DNA from: Basidiobolus meristosporus CBS 931.73
Taxonomy: Eukaryota > Fungi > Basidiobolomycota
NCBI GenBank assembly: GCA_002104905.1
Contig: MCFE01000494.1
Location: 2,723 to 66,722, forward strand
Reading direction: 5' to 3'
Length of the DNA: 64,000 bases
Position numbers and translations under genes: made by a program. Below are positions 60,973-64,000 of the stretch, one piece after another (position 1 is the first letter of the stretch; every line of letters begins with the position of its first letter). The notes under the pieces are model-generated. The model saw only the letters and a list, made by a program, of their open reading frames with translations. It made no database searches and was not told where the DNA came from.

Positions 60973-63255
60973 AGACAGTCACCAACAGGTGAAATCTTTA
61001 TTTCAGTTGAAACAAAGAAGCCAGCGCTACTGTTGTAGCTTTGATACAAGACTGTGTAGCTGAGGGGAATTTGTAGGTAAGTTAATAAGAAGTGATGATA
61101 GCTCTTCAGTGCTCAAGACACTGTTCAGTGGGAAGGGGGGTAGCAAGAGAGGTAAGAATGACTTGTGAACAACATTAATGAGGGGAATGTGATAAGGATT
61201 GATATTCATCATAAATGGAGTGTGCTGCTGCAGATATTGCTGCCAAAGGTCTGTCAAGTACTTCAGGTAGGCCAGCTTGGGTTTTTCTGACTGCAGAATA
61301 AAGTGAGCAAACTTCTTGACTTCAGGATCTCCAAGTATAGTTCTCCAGCAGGAGCCAGGTGTTGTGTGGTGTGTTCTCTTCCAGGCCTTAATCAGTGGGT
61401 TGTTGCAGTTGTGAAGTCTGAGGTATAATCTGGTTCTAAGGTAGAGAAGTCTGATCTTATAGGGCATAAACCCAAAAGCACCAAGAATAGCATGTCTGTA
61501 GGGGCATTCAGGCAAATGAGGCACCAAGGAGGTAATGCACCATACTGCAAACTTGTCAAGCTTAGTGCAGTCTCTAGAAGTAAGAGAGAGAAGTGGTAAG
61601 CCAAATTCCAGGACAGGGAAGACAAACTGCTTGAGTAGAAGGAGGCAGCTGGGAGCTGAAGTTGTAGGAGGAGTAACAGCCAGTAGCTTGTGGAGTGCCT
61701 GTCTTGCTAGGATAATTCTCTTCTTCAGGTGTGCTCCAGAGTCTAGTCCAGTAGGAAGGAAAGGAAAGCCAAGATATGTAGCAGAAACCTGAGCAGGTAG
61801 AGTGGAGTTCTCCAAGTTGATGGGAGAGCCCAAAGGTACTGTCTTTGCAATGGAAAGCTGGAGATTATTCTTCTGCAGATACTGGTGGATGGTCTGGGAG
61901 TCTTGTTGCACATTGGAGGAGGATATTCTGATGTCATCAGCAAAGAGAGTAACCAGGCAGTCAGCTGAGAGTCTTGGGAAGTCATTCAGGAAGATGGCAA
62001 ACAGTATAGGACCAAGCACAGAGCCTTGAACCACTCCATTAGGAACTGAGAACACAGCTGATTGCTCACTTGGGTGCAGAATTCTTGCTTGTGGATCCAG
62101 AAACAGAGACCTGACAAGGAGGGTGAGAGAAGTGCTGGAGAAGCATTGCAACTTGGACCAAAGCAGATTTCTGTCAACTGAATCAAAGGCCTTAGTAATA
62201 TCAAACAGAACAAAGGGATACTTGCACTGGAGAGTGTGATCTTGGCTAAGTATGACTGCATATTCCAAGGAGAGGCCAGGAACAAAGCCAAACTGTGCAG
62301 GATGAAACTTGAGGGAGTCAGAGTAGAGCTCCTGAGCAAGCAGAAGCTCAAACACCTTTCTGCAGGTGGGCAGCAGAGATATTGGCCTGTAGGAGCTAGG
62401 ATCCAGGTGCTTTCCTTTACCCTTGTACAGTGGCAGAACATTTGCAAAGGACCATTCCTCAGGAGTAGAAAGCTGGGCTGAGCATTGCTGAAACAGTGGA
62501 AGCAGAAGTGCAGACATGGCCTTGGTACTAGCCTTCAGAAGCTCATAAGAGATTGTGTCCACACCTGGAGCAGTAGAGTTGGGAAGCCTCTTGAGCACAT
62601 TATGGATTCTCCTTTGATCAAGTGCAAGTGGGATGGGCAGAGTCTTGAAGTCAGGATGAAAGCCAGGAGTTGAGTACTGCTTTGTAGAGAAGAAGATGTT
62701 AGCCAGCTGTTCTGTTGAAGGTAACTTCCTGGAACAGGGCCTCATTGCTCTGTAGAGTCTTGATACTGTTCTTGTTATAGAGTTGGAAGATTGCAGAGGC
62801 AAAGAACTCATAATATGATCCCAGAGCTGAGTATGCAGAGTGTGGTGAATTGCCTTGGAGTGGTGTATTGCTGTCAGGAGGAGTTTCTCTGTTTTTGGGT
62901 TAGGGAAACTCAGGTAGCTTTGTTGCAGGGCTGAAACAATGGATTCCCATTTTCTTGAGGTAACAGCAGTAGTCTTGCATGGCAGTGAGAGGGAGGCAGA
63001 CACCAGAATCAGATGCTTCACAAAGAGCCAGGCATAGTTGAGATCATCTGGCAGAGAAAGTAGCAAACTGGCAAGCTTCAAGTAGTTCCCAAAGTCTTTC
63101 TTCTGATTCTTGGTAGCTTTGTGTGTGAGCACAGTAAGTTTTGGCAGCTTCTTCTTCACAACTGGTTGCATAGAAAGGGACCAGGCTGGGTGGTCAGATG
63201 CTCTCAAGGATCCTAGCTCAGCTCCAGAGAATTGCTTGACTTCATTCACAAAGTA
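60963..63255 (-). mobile_element. Telomeric non-LTR retrotransposon family A, long copy (unit 7), 5'-truncated
   Basis: Bounded by GGTTAGGGGGG on the left and GGGTTAGGGGGG on the right; contains the 740-codon RT ORF and a ~54-nt 3' UTR. Confidence 0.92.
61027..63249 (-). CDS. LINE-type reverse transcriptase ORF (740 codons, no in-frame ATG at its 5' edge; residual APE SDH motif)
   Basis: APGVD, YRPISLL..RKVFE, QFGF, DITKAFDSV, GVVQGSVLGPILF, FADD, YLG motifs; no CCHC, RNase H or PD-(D/E)xK motif seen downstream. Confidence 0.93.
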   Translation of the reverse strand: MNEVKQFSGAELGSLRASDHPAWSLSMQPVVKKKLPKLTVLTHKATKNQKKDFGNYLKLASLLLSLPDDLNYAWLFVKHLILVSASLSLPCKTTAVTSRKWESIVSALQQSYLSFPNPKTEKLLLTAIHHSKAIHHTLHTQLWDHIMSSLPLQSSNSITRTVSRLYRAMRPCSRKLPSTEQLANIFFSTKQYSTPGFHPDFKTLPIPLALDQRRIHNVLKRLPNSTAPGVDTISYELLKASTKAMSALLLPLFQQCSAQLSTPEEWSFANVLPLYKGKGKHLDPSSYRPISLLPTCRKVFELLLAQELYSDSLKFHPAQFGFVPGLSLEYAVILSQDHTLQCKYPFVLFDITKAFDSVDRNLLWSKLQCFSSTSLTLLVRSLFLDPQARILHPSEQSAVFSVPNGVVQGSVLGPILFAIFLNDFPRLSADCLVTLFADDIRISSSNVQQDSQTIHQYLQKNNLQLSIAKTVPLGSPINLENSTLPAQVSATYLGFPFLPTGLDSGAHLKKRIILARQALHKLLAVTPPTTSAPSCLLLLKQFVFPVLEFGLPLLSLTSRDCTKLDKFAVWCITSLVPHLPECPYRHAILGAFGFMPYKIRLLYLRTRLYLRLHNCNNPLIKAWKRTHHTTPGSCWRTILGDPEVKKFAHFILQSEKPKLAYLKYLTDLWQQYLQQHTPFMMNINPYHIPLINVVHKSFLPLLLPPFPLNSVLSTEELSSLLINLPTNSPQLHSLVSKLQQ

Positions 63256-63785
63256 GGGTTAGGGGGGAGGAATGTCACCAAGTGGTGAAATCTTTATTTA
63301 CTTATGACAAGTATCTAAAGAAGCCAAGTTAATCTGAAGTTATTCCTAGAAAGCTAGGTCTGAGAGATATCTTCCTGGTAAGCCAGGTCTGAGAGTTGAG
63401 AAGCTGGGTGGTACTATATTTCCTAGTTAGCTAGGTCTGAGAGTGGTTTCCTGGAAAGCCAGGTCTGAGAGGTAAGAATTTGAGTATTTCTGAGGTGAGT
63501 TGTACTGATTTGCGGTAGCTGATTTGTGGCCAGAATGGCCAGTAGACTGGGGGAACTGAGCGGTATTTCTGGGTGATCACTGGTCAAATTTACTAGGCAA
63601 ATATGACCAATTGCATTTCAAGGATTTCAGCCAATCAGAGCCTTTACTTTGCCCGATGGTTGATCAAGCCATCTCCCAATGAGCACACATCAATTTATTG
63701 ATCAAATTTTGTTGGATCCAGGATTTGAACCCACAACCATGGGTATGGAAGGGTTAGGGATAACCACAAGGCTAAGTGTTCTTGG
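63256..63785 (-). mobile_element. tRNA-headed SINE-like element, full-length copy 2 (unit 8, ~530 bp, ~75-bp internal duplication)
   Basis: A-box TAGCCTTGTGG (63774-63764), B-box GGTTCAAATCC (63731-63721); ends at the same 5' position as copy 1. Confidence 0.75.
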
Positions 63786-63786
63786 T

Positions 63787-64000
63787 TTAGGGTTAGGGTT
63801 AGGGTTAGGGTTAGGGTTAGGGTTAGGGTTAGGGTTAGGGTTAGGGTTAGGGTTAGGGTTAGGGTTAGGGTTAGGGTTAGGGTTAGGGTTAGGGTTAGGG
63901 TTAGGGTTAGGGTTAGGGTTAGGGTTAGGGTTAGGGTTAGGGTTAGGGTTAGGGTTAGGGTTAGGGTTAGGGTTAGGGTTAGGGTTAGGGTTAGGGTTAG
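63787..64000 (+). repeat. Terminal telomere, (TTAGGG)n, ~35 repeats
   Basis: Perfect TTAGGG array to the end of the window, G-rich strand 5'->3' outward. Confidence 0.99.

Noticed and set aside
61027-61700. MoTeR-like restriction-enzyme-like endonuclease at the C-terminus
   Set aside because: No CCHC knuckle or PD-(D/E)xK motif visible
59439-63786. Hammerhead ribozyme or Penelope-like (Athena/Coprina) identity for the array
   Set aside because: No CTGANGA...GAAA core found, and the RT motifs (PG.D, YRPISL, QGSVLGP, FADD) are LINE-type rather than PLE-type

Overview
Right-hand end of a fungal chromosome, probably from an early-diverging lineage (inferred from a single-chain fatty acid synthase, 6-pyruvoyl-tetrahydropterin synthase and a MUL1-like ligase). 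Layout: (1) 1-6.8 kb, CpG-depleted, rearranged Ty1/copia debris; (2) 7-57 kb, a gene-dense, mostly intron-rich block (Glo3 ArfGAP, tetraspanin, frameshifted PDR-type ABC transporter, Sec9, phosducin-like, MUL1-like RING, BAR-PH-ArfGAP, Nudix, V-ATPase H, sphingoid-phosphate phosphatase, CPSF6-like, oligopeptidase B-like, PTS, ~4100-aa FAS with two ACPs, SulP, heme-thiolate peroxygenase); (3) 57-59.4 kb, nested copia LTRs; (4) 59.4-63.8 kb, a head-to-tail array of eight telomere-primed retroelement units; (5) ~35 TTAGGG repeats. The array is the most notable system. It holds two diverged LINE-type RT families plus a tRNA-headed (Pol III A/B box) SINE-like partner. All units face the same way and share a 3' tail made of an AATAAA-like motif, a TCACC-N4/5-GGTGA hairpin and a C-strand telomeric motif, as expected for reverse transcription primed by the telomeric G-strand end. 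Exon boundaries were read by eye; no database searches were run.
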